Shown one piece after another: positions 1 through 12,787 of a stretch of 64,000 nt of DNA; the first letter of the stretch is position 1, and each line of letters starts with the position of its first letter. This DNA comes from Phaeosaccion multiseriatum (taxonomy: Eukaryota; Protista; Ochrophyta, other classes), in assembly GCA_965112735.1 (NCBI GenBank), contig OZ218954.1, positions 2,914,001-2,978,000 on the forward strand, in the 5' to 3' direction. Position numbers and translations under genes: made by a program. The notes beneath the pieces were generated by a model. That model ran no database searches and was not told the DNA's origin. It saw only the letters and a program-made list of their open reading frames with translations.

Positions 1-20
1 CATCATCATCATCATCATCG

Positions 21-53
<33 letters not shown>

Positions 54-3000
54 GTAGAGGCAGCACGGGCAGGGTCGGCACGAGGCAGGAGCACCTCTTT
101 CTCCTCCGGCAATGCAGGGTCAGCTTCAAGCTTCTTCCTTCCCTCGGCGCTCCAGCCTTTGCCCTACTTTCGCAGCGGCGCCTCGTTTGTGCAACCCTCG
201 GTGACATGCATCCGCCAGAGTCGACAAGATCCGAACCTCGCCTACGTGTCTACCGACAGCTGGACCTCCGCCTCCCACCCCTCCTCCGCCGCCCACCCCT
301 CCTCCTCTGCCTCCCATCCCTCTTCCTCCTTCTCCTCCCAGCGGTCCTTTGAGGCCCAACGACTTGTCACTGGTCAGCTCCTTCTCATGGATCGAAGGTT
401 TCCGAAGCAACCCGTGCTGCGATGGGATCAAGCTGAGGTTACAGAGCGATTGGAGATCTTCTCTGAGCAAGATTTGGGCTTTGGGGAGGTGGGCGGAGGG
501 GGCGCCGCGGCAGGTGGGTGCGTGCGTGCGCTTGTAGGGTGTGGGTAGGTGTGTGGGTGCGTGGGGGACAGTTGGTGTGTTAGGATGGTGGTGTGGATAT
601 GGGTGTGGTTGTGGGTGTGGTTGTGGGTGTTGCAGTTTCAAATCTTTTGACCGAACTCGAGGGGTCAATATCGACTTGCCCCAGAGTGGGCACCCAAGCG
701 TCGATCGAGACGTCCTAAACCTTCCCTCCCTCCCTCCCTCCCTCCCTCCCTCCCTCCCTCCCTCCCTCCCTCCCTCCCTCCCTCCCTCCCTCCCTCCCTC
801 CCTCCCTCCCTCCCTCCCTCCCTCCCTCCCTCCCTCCCTCCCTCCCTCCCTCCCTCCCTCCCTCCCTCCCTCCCTCCCTCCCTCGCTCCCTCCCTCCCTC
901 CCTCCCTCCCTCCCTCCCTCCCTCCCTCCCTCCCTCCCTCCCTCGCTCCCTCCCTCCCTCCCTCCCTTCCTTCCTTCCTTCCTTCCCTCCCCTCCCTCCC
1001 CTCCCTCTCCCCTCCCTCCCTCCCTCCCTCCCTCCCTCCCTCCCTTCCTTCCTCCCCTCCCCTCCCCTCCCTCCCTCCCTCCCTCCCTCCCTCCCTCCCT
1101 CCCTCCCTCCCTCCCTCCCTACTTCCCTCCTTCCATACCTCCTTCCATACCTCCTTCCCTCCCTCCCTCCCTCCCCCCGTCCCTCCCTCCCCCCCTCCCT
1201 CCCTCCCTCCCCCCGTCCCTCCCTCCCCCCCTCCCTCCCTCCCTCCCTCCCTCCCTCCTGACACCAGGCAGCGAAGTCGTGGTCTCATACGGTCAACAGA
1301 CAAACAACGTGTACCTCCACACCACCGCCTCCGCCAGCCCTGACTACGAGGGCTGGAAACTCCCTCTCTCCCTCTCGGACCTGAGCTCCTCCGAAGGTCT
1401 CCATCGCCGTCCCTTGACCTCGACCTTCCCCGTCCCTGATCGGTCCTGCGCGGAGGTAGAACATGGGGGAGTGTTGCTCGCCCCCTGCCCCTCCTACCCC
1501 AGTGTGTATGCCTATGCGGACGATACTGATGCCTTTACGAGTGCAAGTGCGGCAAGTGTCAGCGCTGCGACAGCCAGACACCACGGCACTGGCACTGTTA
1601 CTGCTAACAGTAACAGTAATGGTATGAGTAGTAGTGGTGGTGGTGCTGCTCCTCTTGTCGGGGTTGAGAGCAGCGGCGGTCGCACCGACTTGCGACGAGG
1701 GCAGGGGCGGGTGGCCTTGCTCCAAGCCACCTCATTTGGCGATGTGTATGTGCAAACGCTGAAGGAGACAAGGCAACGCTCCGACTCGCCCTCCTGCTCA
1801 CCCTCGCCGGGTGCTGCTGCCGCTGCTGGTGGAGGGCTGGGGGTGACGAAGGAGGGAGAGGGTGACGATGATGGTGATGATGAGGATGGCAGTGGATGGG
1901 CTCTGGGAGTGAAGGACCGTGGGGGGCGTAGAGTTGGTCGTGGTGCTCGCTTCTATATGCAGACTTTGGCCGGGGAGGATAGCACCATGCCCTGGGGGAG
2001 AGAGGGAGATGCATCGTCACCCGGCGGGGGGGAGGGGCTGGAGAGAAGGCCTTTGCAGCCTGAATCATCCCCTCGTCCGAAAAGTGGACTGCTTGAGAGG
2101 GAGGAGACGCGGCACCGGCGACCGGGGAATCGGAAGGGGAAGCAGAAGGAGAAAGATGACGATGATGATGATGATGATGATGATGATGAGGAGGAGGAGG
2201 AGGAGGAGGAGGAGGAGGAGGAGGAGGAGGAGGATGAGGAGGATGAGGAGGAAGAGAAAGAGAAGGAGAGAGGTGAAGAACAAGCGCGCGATGAGAGGCT
2301 GCACGAGGACTTTGTCTCTCCGCTGATTGGCTCCACTGAGACGGAGCCGCAGAAGAAGGAGCAGGTGGTGCAGCGGCCGGAGCGGCTACCGCGGAAGAAG
2401 GGTACACTTTCGTTACCCGCCTGGTCGGCACTGGGGCAGCTGAGCAGCAACACACATCTTGCTCTGGGGCAGGGTTGCTTCCTCACCTCAGCAGCAGGCA
2501 CCGCCCTGGGGGCTAGGGCTTGGAGTGGGGCCGGAGCGAGGAGTGGGGCAGCAGTTGGTGATACGGTAACGGCGACGGCAAGCAGAGCGGCGGCTGCACC
2601 GACAGCGCGAGGACCTCCTGCTCCTCCTGCGGCTGCTGTATCACCAACTGCTGCTGCTACGGCGGCGGCGTTGCGCTGGCCGAGGGGAGCGGGAGACTAT
2701 CACACCGACGTGCCGCCTGACGAAGAGGAGGAAGGGGAGGAGGTGGGGTTGGAGGGTCTGCTGCTATTGAGGGAAGAGGGTGGGGCGAAGAAGAAGAAGG
2801 AGAAGGAGAAGAAGAGGAAGAGGAGGAAGAAGAACAAGGCAGCAGGGGTGGGGCTTACCAATCCTGGTAGCAGCACCCCTCTTCTTCCAGCCGGTCGTGG
2901 TGCGTGTGTCTCCACGGAGGGCAGTAGGAGAGGTAAGGCAGAGGCTCAGCGAGGGCCCGATCTGGCGCAGTTGAAGAGGGAGCTGCACAGACAGAGCGAG

Positions 3001-3657
3001 GCCGTGAGAGAGTTTGTGCGTCAAGAGCCCCGCACGGTGGCGGACATTGTTCTGCGATTCTGCTGCCATCTGCCGGGGGTGATGCTTGACTTGGGGGAGA
3101 GAGGGGGGGGGCGGGAGGAGGAAGAGGAGGAGGAGGAGGAGGAGCGGGGGGTGCATTCAGTAGGGAGCCGCCGCGAGAGTGCTAAAGGGCTTGCGGGTGG
3201 TACGGATGCTGCTGTATCACCAACTGCTGCGGCTGCTGCTGCTGCTACTGCTTCTGCTTCCTCCTCTTCGGTCGACGGTGGGGGGGGCAGTCAAAGCGAT
3301 GGTAGTGGGGATAGCGAGGATGTTGATAGCAAGAGTGAGGGGGGTAATGGTGATAACGACGACGACGATGATGATGGTTATGGCCCTGGTGGTGGTGGGG
3401 GTGATGGTGGGGCAGCAGCGGAAGGGGGCCGAACGGAGAAGGAGCGGAGGGAGGAGGAAGAGGAGGAGGAGGACGCGTGGGCAGGTTTGGCTTGGCAACT
3501 GCAAAGCGACCTCGGAAGGGGGGGGCGGGCAGTCAAGCACCAGAGAGCTGCTGTATCACCAACTGCTGCAGAATACTCCCCCTTGTGCAGCAGCGGGGGG
3601 GGCGCCACAGCCCCCACTAGCACTACACCCCGCTTCGCTTGGGCAGTGCAGAAGACC

Positions 3658-3703
<46 letters not shown>

Positions 3704-4704
3704 TTGGTGATACAGCAGCAGCAAAAGCAGGACGGACAGGGCGGCGACGGCAGGAGCCGGTGGGAGGAGGAGGACGAGGAGTCTGTCCCTGGCAGAGTTT
3801 TGCTTCGGTGTGGGTGCTGTCGCTGTCGTCCTCTGTCTCATCCTCTTGCTCGCCTTCCTCAGCCTCAGGGGGGCGGGGACAAGGAGGAGGAGCGGCGGCG
3901 GCTGAGCATGCGAAGGGAGGAGGAGATGAGGGCAGGAGTAGCAGCGGCAGCAGTGGCGTGTGGGGGCTGAATATCGCACCAGCTGGGCGAGCTGCCAGGC
4001 TCCAGATGGCGACTAAACAGGATGTAGAGGAGCGAAACTTGGCCCGGAGGAGAGCGCAAGAGGTGAAGGCCGGTCGGGTGCGGTCATGGGAGGCCCAGGA
4101 GGCGGCGAAGGACAAGTTGAAGCGAGAAGAGGCGGTCCGAACAGCCCAAGCTCGGCATGTGGAGCCGGCCTTTGATGACTTGCGGCCCGAGGAGCTGCGG
4201 TTGCTGAGCGAGAGTTGGGGAGAGGGCGTCGTGGTCGTGGCAACTCCCCCTCCTGCTGGCACTACCACCTACGATGACGACAAGGAGGAGGAGGAGGAGG
4301 AGGAGGATGGTGATGATGGTGATGGTGATGGTGATGATGATAACGGCTGGGGGCGTGGGACGAGTGGTGGTCGTCGCAGCAGTAGCGGCACCGGGGGCGG
4401 GAGGAGGAGGAGCAGCAGAAGGAGCACTGTCAGTGCTATTAGTGCCGGTGCAACCGCCTCTACCCCCTTAGAGGCAGCAGCAGGGAGTGCGGTGGCGACG
4501 GCGGCCCAGGGGGGCGGGCTCGGCTTTGGCTTTGGCTTTGGCTGTGGGGGTGCGCCGCCGATGCCGCAGAGGGGGCGGCAAAGTGGAGGAGGAGGAGGAG
4601 GAGGAGGAGGAGGGGGGTTCCTGCTGCAGGGGAGGCGAGCCAGTGCGCCGGGTGGGAGTGGTAGCAGTAGCAGTGGCAGTGGCAGCAGCAGGAGGAGGCG
4701 GTGA
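1..4704 (+). CDS. TAF1C/RRN6-like RNA polymerase I core-factor subunit with long low-complexity C-terminus (5'-partial); join(<1..513,1268..4704)
   Basis: Frame is open from the window start. QLLLMDRRFPKQPVLRW and LLQATSFGDVYVQTL resemble TAF1C motifs as I recall them (LYLVDERLPLVPMLKW; LFQLSAAGDVFYQ). Phase-1 donor GCAG|gtgggt at 513 joins in frame to acceptor accag|GC at 1267, removing the (CCCT)n tract. Confidence 0.55.
721..1258. repeat. (CCCT)n intronic microsatellite
   Basis: About 540 bp of CCCT units ending just before the acceptor at 1267; source of the spurious PSLP/GREG ORFs. Confidence 0.95.
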
Positions 4705-5648
4705 GGAGGGAAGGAGGGAAGGAGGGAGAGAGTGTGGGAGAAAGGGTCAGCCTTTGGCCTCTGAGTCCATGCCCTATATCCCCTGTCCATACACAGTAGT
4801 CGTGGAGCCCTGAGCATATGGAATAATATGGGCCACCACGTGTAATTCATTCGAGAGGAGGAATAAACTTCAAAATGAAACTTACGAATGTTGGAACAGG
4901 CCCAGGGAGGACAGTTGTGACCCATTGGAGGCCCAACCAAGGAACGGAAGGGAAGGCAAAGGAACGGAGGAATTGGAACCCAGTGTTGAGCCCAAGGAAG
5001 GAAAGGGAAGGATGGAGTCCCACACTGAGGAGGATGAGAGCTGAGCCGCCCGCCATGGGACCGATCTTGGCGTGTGTGAGGCGTGTCGTACATGTATGAA
5101 AGAGGTTTAAGTCATTGCGAACAGTCTTTGGGTCTATTGCCCTCCGCGCACTTTTGCCTTCTCATTTGATTTTTCTTTTCTCTTTATGTAGTCCACTCAC
5201 AAAAAGAAGGAGGAATGCCACACTCCACCGGTCGGTCCATTACGTATACATAACAGTACATAACAGTACGCACATACACACACACATACACACACAACTA
5301 CCCACCCATCCACCTACGCCCCACTCTCTCTCCTACCCCTCCCTCCCAACTCATCCGTCCGTCCGTCCGCCCGTTCGGCCCCATCCATGCCCGTTGGTGG
5401 TACGACGGGTGGGGATGGATAGATGATGCCCCCCCCCCCCTTTGATTGACTGGTTGATTGGATAGCGGTCTGGGCTCAGACCGCATTACTCCCCACCCCT
5501 CCTCCTCCTTCGCAACAGGCCAATCCAATCATTTGTCGACAACTGATGGTTGAGAGCATCCCCCCCAACAACATGCACTCCTGCGTGAGCTTCCCCTGCT
5601 GTATCACCAACTTCAGTACGCTGTACACCCAAGGTGCTGCTCTTTCTA

Positions 5649-6649
5649 TTAGTCGTCCACAATGTTCGCCGAAAGCATGTCTTCCTGCCGTATCTCCTCC
5701 TGCCCTTTGCTCTTGGCATGAACGAGGAAGAAGGTGAAGGTGGTGGCTACATGTAGCTCGCCTTCCTCCCATTGGAACTGCTCCGTTGCATTGAGCAAGT
5801 CAATGCCCGCCTGTTGGAGGGTTCGATTAGGGTGAGGGTGCGGCGGTGGTGTGGGTGTGTGTCGTCAGGACAGACAGGCGTGTGTTTGTGTGCGTTGAGA
5901 GACGCATGGAGAGGTGCATTGGTTGCAAACAAGAGAAGGAGAAAGAGAGAGAGATGAGAGAAGGAAGAGAGAGAGTGAGAGAGGGAGAGAGAGAGGGAGA
6001 GAGAAGGGAGAGGGAGAGACAAGAGAGAGGAAGAGAGGGAGGGAGGGGAGAGATAGAGAGGAGAGGTGGAGATAGAGAGACGAAGGGAGGGAGGGAGGGA
6101 GGGAGAGAGAGTGGAGAGAGAGAGACAAGAGAGAGGAAGAGAGGGAGGGGAGAGAGAGAGGAGAGATGGAGATGGAGAGACGAAGGGAGGGAGGGAGGGA
6201 GAGAGAGAGAGGAGAGAGAGGAGAGGAAGAGAGGGAGAGAGAGATGAGAGATGGAGATGGAGAGACGAAGGGAGGGAGGGAGGGAGAGAGAGTGGAGAGA
6301 GATAGAGACAAGAGAGGAAGAGAGGGGAGAGAGGGAGAGCGAGTGACCAATGAAAGGAAGAGATGAAGAGAGGGATAGAGCCACACACACCCCTCCCCAT
6401 GCCATCCGCTGCCATCCGCTGCCATCCGCTGCCATCCCTCACCTCCTCCCTGAGCTCCCTCATCGCTGCCTCCATGGTGCTCTCACCAAGGCCCCTCTTC
6501 CCCCCCGCCAGATCAACGTCAAAGCGTTCAGGCCACTCATTCACAAAACTCAGCAGATATGAGCTGTGCAGCAAAGACGAGGACGAGGACGAGGAGGAGG
6601 AGGACCCCCCCGGCTCCACCTCCTTGTCCGTCTCCTCGCCCTTGTCAGT

Positions 6650-6689
<40 letters not shown>

Positions 6690-7880
6690 CCAGTTGGTGA
6701 TACACCAGCAGCAGGAGTCTCTCCATCGATCCAGCAGGCCGGGAGGAGGTTCTTCTTCTTGAGCCCTTCCAAAAACTCGACGAAGCGAATCAAATGGCCC
6801 GAAATGTCCACCGACTTCCTCGTGGCCGGGGTGGCGGGTTTCCACTTGCCTCCCTCTCCCGCCCTGCCCTCCGCCTTGGGGATGGCGGCCCCTGCTGCCA
6901 CCTCGCAGCTCACCCACCCATCTGTGTCCTTCTTGAGACCCTTGTTCTTGACCACCGTCAACAGTTCCGACGCGATGGCGTCTCGTAACGCGGGCCTCTC
7001 CTTCACCCATGCTCTCATCTCCTCTCCCCCACTGGCGCCTTTGGTCTGCTGTTCCTTCCTTCGGGCTGTCCCCCCCAGGCCTGCTAGCCCTCCAGGCCCT
7101 CCGTCCTGGCTATCTTCTGGCTTGTGAGAGGCTAGGATGGCAGCCAATGGGATACAGATATACTCCAGGCAAAGACCGTGCCCCCCTGTACACAGGCGGT
7201 CATCGGTACGCTAAGGGAGGGGGGGAGGCACACAGCACGGGAGAGCAGAAGCGGGGGTATTGAGATGGAGGAGGGGAGGGAGAGGGGAGAGAGGAAGGGG
7301 AGGGACGGACGGAGGGAGGGAGCGAGGGAGGAGAGTAGGGAGGGAGGCAGGCAGGCAGGCAGGGAGGGAGGGAGGGAGGGAGGCAGGCAGGGAGGAGAGC
7401 AGGGAAGGAGGCAGGGAAGGAGGGAGGAGAGCAGGGAGGGAGGCAGGGAAGGAGGGAGGAGGGCGGGAGGGAGGGAGGGAGGGAGGTCCTTCCCCTTCCC
7501 CTCCCCGACATCGACCCTATGGACTGACCGATTGGTGTATATGGGTAGGGTCTAATACAACTGCAACCGAAACTAAACCTTGGAAACTTCAACTGAAACT
7601 CCTGTTCCTCACCTCCTGCCCTCCCGCCTGCCGCCCGTCCCTCTGTCTCTCCTCCTCCACGAGCTTCATGAGCGTGTCGCGCGCTCCGATCAACGCCACA
7701 CCCCCGTTCAGCTGACCGGAGCGGACTATACTCCGCCCTTCTCAGTTGAGTTGAGTTGAGTTGAGTTGAGTGCAGTAGGGAGGGAGGGAGGGAGGGAGGG
7801 AGAGAGATGCAGAAGAGTCAGCAGCTAGAGAGGGAGAAAGAGAGGAAGAGGGTGTGTGAGAGAGAGGCAGAGAAGGAGAG

Positions 7881-7952
<72 letters not shown>

Positions 7953-9836
7953 ACCTACCTGAGAGACGGAACTCAGGGAAGAGCGGCCTGACGTCTCCTG
8001 GCTGCATCATCGGGTCAGGCACGTCGGTGACACGTCCGGCTATGCCACTTTCCTGCCACTCCTTCTTGAGCTTCTCCAGCAGCAGGCGCTCCTGGGGATG
8101 GCAGTGGATGGGGTGACCCGAGGTGGGGTGAGGTGAGGTGAGGTGAGGCAAGAGGTGGGGAAAATGTTTGTCCACTCCTTTCGTACTCTCCTCCCTTCCC
8201 ACCTTCCCACAACCATCCACTCACTCACTCACCCACCCACCCACCCACCTACCCACCTACCCACCCACTCACCCACCCACTCACTCACTCACCGACCCAT
8301 TCACTCACTCACCCACCCACCCACTCACCCACTCACTCACTCACTCGCTCACCCACCCACTTACCTGATCAAGGAGGGACATTTTCCTGCCCGCCGCACC
8401 GGATACGAAGGGGTAGCGCACTCCGTGGTGACACGACGGCTTTTCAGAGGTCACCTCATCCTTGCCCCACACCTTGTAAAAGTGAGTGAGTGAGTGAGTG
8501 AGTGAGTGAGGGAGGGAGTGAGGGAGGGAGTGGGTGAGTGAGGGAGTGAGTGAGTGAGTGAGTGAGTGAGGGAGTGAGGGTGGTGACACGACGGTTTCTC
8601 AGAGGTCACCTCGTCCTTGCCCCACACCTTTCAATAGTGCGTGAGTGAGTGAGTGAGTGAGTGAGTGAGTGAGGGAGGGAGTGAGTGAGTGGGTGAGTGA
8701 GGGAGTGAGTGGGTGAGGGAGAAAGTAAGGAAATGAGTGAGTGCATAAGTAACGGAGGTAAGGAAGCAAGTGAGGGCGTGAGGTAGTCAACAACGCATCA
8801 CCTTTTTGTAGTCTTGCCGCATGTAAAACTCAGTGGGTCGATTCACAGGATGAAAGTCCAGCATGAAGCGATTGTGAGGCGGCTCTTCGGACAGGGCGGG
8901 GGGCGGGGAGGGAGAGAGCGGCCCGCCTACTGCTGCTTCCGCTTCTCCCGCTGGCGCTGCTGCTATGTCTGCTACTACTGCCGGCGCTCCGGGCGACACT
9001 CCTGGCGACACTCCTGGCGACACTCCTGGCGACACACCCGGTGTACCACCACCTGCTGATGGTGCTGGTGCTGCTGCTACTGCTGCTGCCGCTGCCGCTT
9101 TCGGTGTGGCAGATATTCCCCTACAGCACATTGCCAAGTCCTGCAGCGAATTGGGGTACATGCCCCCCTGGGGGGGAGGGGGGGCCAACGTGTGCTGCTT
9201 GCTGCTCCGCGAGGGAGAGCTACCGGCTCCAGAGTGGGTGCGGCCCAGTCCTCCTCCTGAAGGAGTGTTGGGGAGGGAGTCCCATCTACTGGCCATGGAG
9301 CCGTGGGGTCGAGGGCTTCGCCGCACTTGTTGCCGACCAGAGGGGCTCAGGCCGTCTGCGGTCGCAGACATGCTTCGGGTGCTCGACGCGCCCCCCTTCT
9401 CTCCCCACCAGCCCCCCCGACTGCCGGCCCCACCCAGCCCCCCCGCAGGTGACGTTGCCGCATTACTCGGAGACGGGACGTTTGGGCCGTCCTTGGCCTT
9501 CCAGCTGCTCAATCCCCCACTCCTTCTGCCCGACGGTGACGGAGTGGGCAAAGGGGGTGGTGCATCGTCCTCAAAGTGCTTAGGCGTCCGACCCTTCCTC
9601 CAAGTCCCACTGCCCGCTCTCCAGCGACCCGACGTTATCTTCGTGTCTGCTGCTGCTGCCCCTGCCCCCGCCCCTGCCCCCTCCTGTCCCTCAGCGGTGC
9701 CGAACATTTCAGCCTCGCTCAATCCTGCTGCCCTGGCAGAAAAGGTAGGAGACCTCCATTCCGGAGCCTTCGCACTCAGTTCGCTACTACCACCTTCCCC
9801 GCCGCCACCACCATCGCAACTCGTAGGTTTGTGCAT
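5649..9836 (-). CDS. Nudix hydrolase-domain protein, multi-exon (approx. 9836-8802, 8472-8365, 8091-7959, 7738-7613, 7185-6443, 5810-5649)
   Basis: Complete Nudix box GGKRGLGESTMEAAMRELREE|AGI is reconstructed across the intron GAG|gtgagg...caacag|GCG. Stop TAA at 5651-5649. Upstream exons have GT-AG boundaries; the phase of one junction (7613 to 7185) is unresolved. Confidence 0.75.
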
Positions 9837-10064
9837 GCTATGGAGCAGCGAAGGAGAAGGCGTTCAGACTCCCTCCAACCCTCCCTCCCTCTACTGGCAA
9901 CGAACAGGCGGAATCGTGCGGTGAAGATAAGCACCCACCAGCGGCCGAGTGCTAAGCTCTGGGGAGGGTAGAGAAAGAGAGCGGGGGTAGGGAAGGGAAG
10001 TAAAGACGGTTATAGCGAGGGGCTGGAGTGGGGGGCCACAGGGCGAAGAAGTTCAGTTTCAGTT

Positions 10065-10221
10065 TCAGTTTACTGCAACACGCATCCCCCCCCCCCCTCT
10101 GAGGGGCTGCTCGCCGGCACAAAGAGGAGAAGAGCAGAGCCATTCAGTTTACTGCAACACGCATCCCCCCCCCCCTCTGAGGGGCTGCTCGCCGGCACAA
10201 AGAGGAGAAGAGCAGAGCCAT
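10065..10221. repeat. ~79-bp tandem duplication in the divergent promoter between the Nudix and copine genes
   Basis: tcagtttactgcaacacgcat(c)ntctgaggggctgctcgccggcacaaagaggagaagagcagagccat occurs twice; the second copy runs into the ATG at 10220. Confidence 0.9.
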
Positions 10222-12739
10222 GTCATGGACCTTGGGGAATTTTGTCAAAGGGGTTCTGTTCCTTGGGCTGCTGTTCGTCTGGGGAAAGCTGAGTGGCGAT
10301 ATGGACGAGGAGTTTGCCCAAACCCTGTTCTACGTCCTGCTCCTGCTCGGTGCGGTCCTGTATACCCAGAGGGACAGGGATGACCCCAGCGTCGGCCGCT
10401 TCCGCGCCATACGGGACAAGTACAAGACTCTTCCTCAGGTGAGCAGACAGGGAGCTGAAAGGAGCCCATACGAAGCCTTTGAACACCCCCCCGGCCGGCC
10501 GTATCCCGAACGCGCAGCGATAAGGGAGGGGTGCTTAGCAAAGCATGGGATCGGTGTCCACTCTGGACTGACTGAGGGCTCTCAAGCAAGTGTGTAATTC
10601 CTGCTTGCGCTGTGACTTACTCTGGCATCACTATGCACCCTCCTCTCTCTCAGGTCCAGAGCGGCTTTCGGGAGGCGGGTCTTGAGTCCTGCAATCTCAT
10701 TGTCGGTGCGTCACACGAGGAGAGTTTTGCGGCCGAAAGCGTGCTGCGGTCAGCCACTCAGTCTGTCCCCCATTCTCCCATGCAGCCCTCCCTCCCCCAA
10801 TTCCTCTCTCCTTCCCCTCTTTCTTTCCCTCCCTCGCCTCGCTCCCTGCCTCGGCCTCGGCCTCACTCCCTCCCCTCCCTCAGCGTCCTTCCCTTCCTCT
10901 ACGCTCTCTCTCTCTCTGTCTCTCTCTCTCTGTCTTCTTTCTGTCTGTCTTGTCTGTCTGTCTTTCTCTCTCCTCTTCCCCTTTTCCCTCTGTCTCACTC
11001 TCTCCCTCTTCCCCCCCACCCTCTCTCCCTCCTTCCCTCCCTCCCTCCCTCCCTTAAGGTGTGGACTTCACAAAATCCAACGAGTGGTCAGGCAAGAAGA
11101 CCTTTCACAGGCCGAGCATGCACACCATCTCCCAAGACGGGCCCACTCCGTACGAGGAAGTGCTCTCGATCGTTTGTAAGACACTCGAGGTGCGATAGAG
11201 AGGGAGAAGAGAGAGGGAGAGAACGTGAAAGAGGTATATGTATGGATAGAGAGAGAGGGGAGGGGAGAGACGGAGAGGGAGGGAGGGATGGATGGAGGGA
11301 GGGAGGGCGAGAGAGAAATAGAGGGAGAGGTAGGTAAGCTCAAGCTTCTCGCGGTGGGCAGAAATGCACTCCTCGTAGGGGAAACACACCACCACCTCTG
11401 CCTCTTGTGAGGTCCTGTGTGCGTGCTGCAAGTGCGGCTCAGCATGCACGAGTAAGACGAGACGACAGATTTTGTTGACTTATCTTCACCTCTCCCGCCC
11501 CGTATACCTCTTCCTCTCTGCCTCCCTCTCTCCGTCCCTCCCTCCGTCCCTCCCTCCTTCCCTCCCTCCTTCCTTCCTTCCCTCCCTCCCTCCCTCCCTC
11601 CCTCCCTCCCTCCCTCCCTCCCTCCCTCCCTCCCTCCCTCCCTCCCTCCCTCCCTCCCTCCCTCCCTCCCTCCCTCCCTCCCTCCCTCCCTCCCTCCCTC
11701 CCTCCCTCCCTCCCTCCCTCCCTCCCTCCCTCCCTCCCTCCCCCCCTCCCTCCCACCCACACGCACACATTCTCTCTCTTCCACGCACTCTTCCTCCCTC
11801 CGTCCGTCCCTCCCTCCCTCCCTCCCTCCGTCCGTCCCTCCTACCCACCCCACAGACCTTCGACGACGACAAGCTGATCCCTGCCTACGGCTTTGGGGAC
11901 GTGACCACACAGATCCACTCCGTCTTCTCCTTCCTCCAGGGAGACGCTCCTTGCCAAGGTTTAGAGGCGGTGCGAAGGCGCTACAGGGCCGTGGCCGGGA
12001 AGGTGGGGCGTGGGTGCGTGCGTGCACACCTGACACCTGATACCTCACGCTTGGGTACCTCACACCTCACACCTCACACCTCACCCCTCACACCTTACAC
12101 CTTACACCTGACAAAACAACTACGTACGTCTCACCATCTCCCCTCTCCCCTCTCCCTCCACACCTCCACTCTCCCCTCCACTCTCCCCTCCACTCTCCCC
12201 TCTCCCCTCTCCCCTCCCCCCTCCACTCTCCCCTCTCCCCTCCCCCAACACCAGGTGGAACTGTCGGGCCCCACGAACTTCGGTCCTCTGATCCGCAAGG
12301 CCGTGGAGAAGGTTGTGGCCGCCAACATGACTTATCACATCCTTGTCATCGTCGCCGACGGCCAAGTCACACAGGTACAACTGCTTGTATCACCAACTGC
12401 TGCTGCTCCGCCGCTGTATCATGAAACTGCTGCTGCTCTACTATTACTACTACTGCTGATCTGCTGCTGTAGTGTATCACCACCTCCTGCTGTATTACCC
12501 ACTGCTACTGCTGTATCACCATGCGGCCTCCCTCCGTTCGTCCCTCCGTCCGTCCCTCCCCTCCCCCCACCCCACCCCACATGGCCTCACACCAACAGGA
12601 GCAAGACACCAGAGACGCCATCTATTTTGCGAGCGACTACCCCCTCTCTATTGTCATGGTGGGCGTGGGCGATGGCCCTTGGTGAGTGTAGAGTGGGGAG
12701 TAAAGGTAAAGGGGTCTTTGCTATGGATCTGTCTCTCTT

Positions 12740-12787
<48 letters not shown>

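Noticed and set aside
635-715. Possible extra exon in the TAF1C-like intron
   Set aside because: No phase-compatible donor/acceptor pair found; the direct 513-1268 join is already in frame.
665-1303. ORFs made of GREG/PSLP/THSL/LPTY repeats (also 11472-13085, 25467-25978, 59032-60751 and similar)
   Set aside because: Stop-free translations of intronic microsatellites; real exons are recovered by GT-AG splicing.
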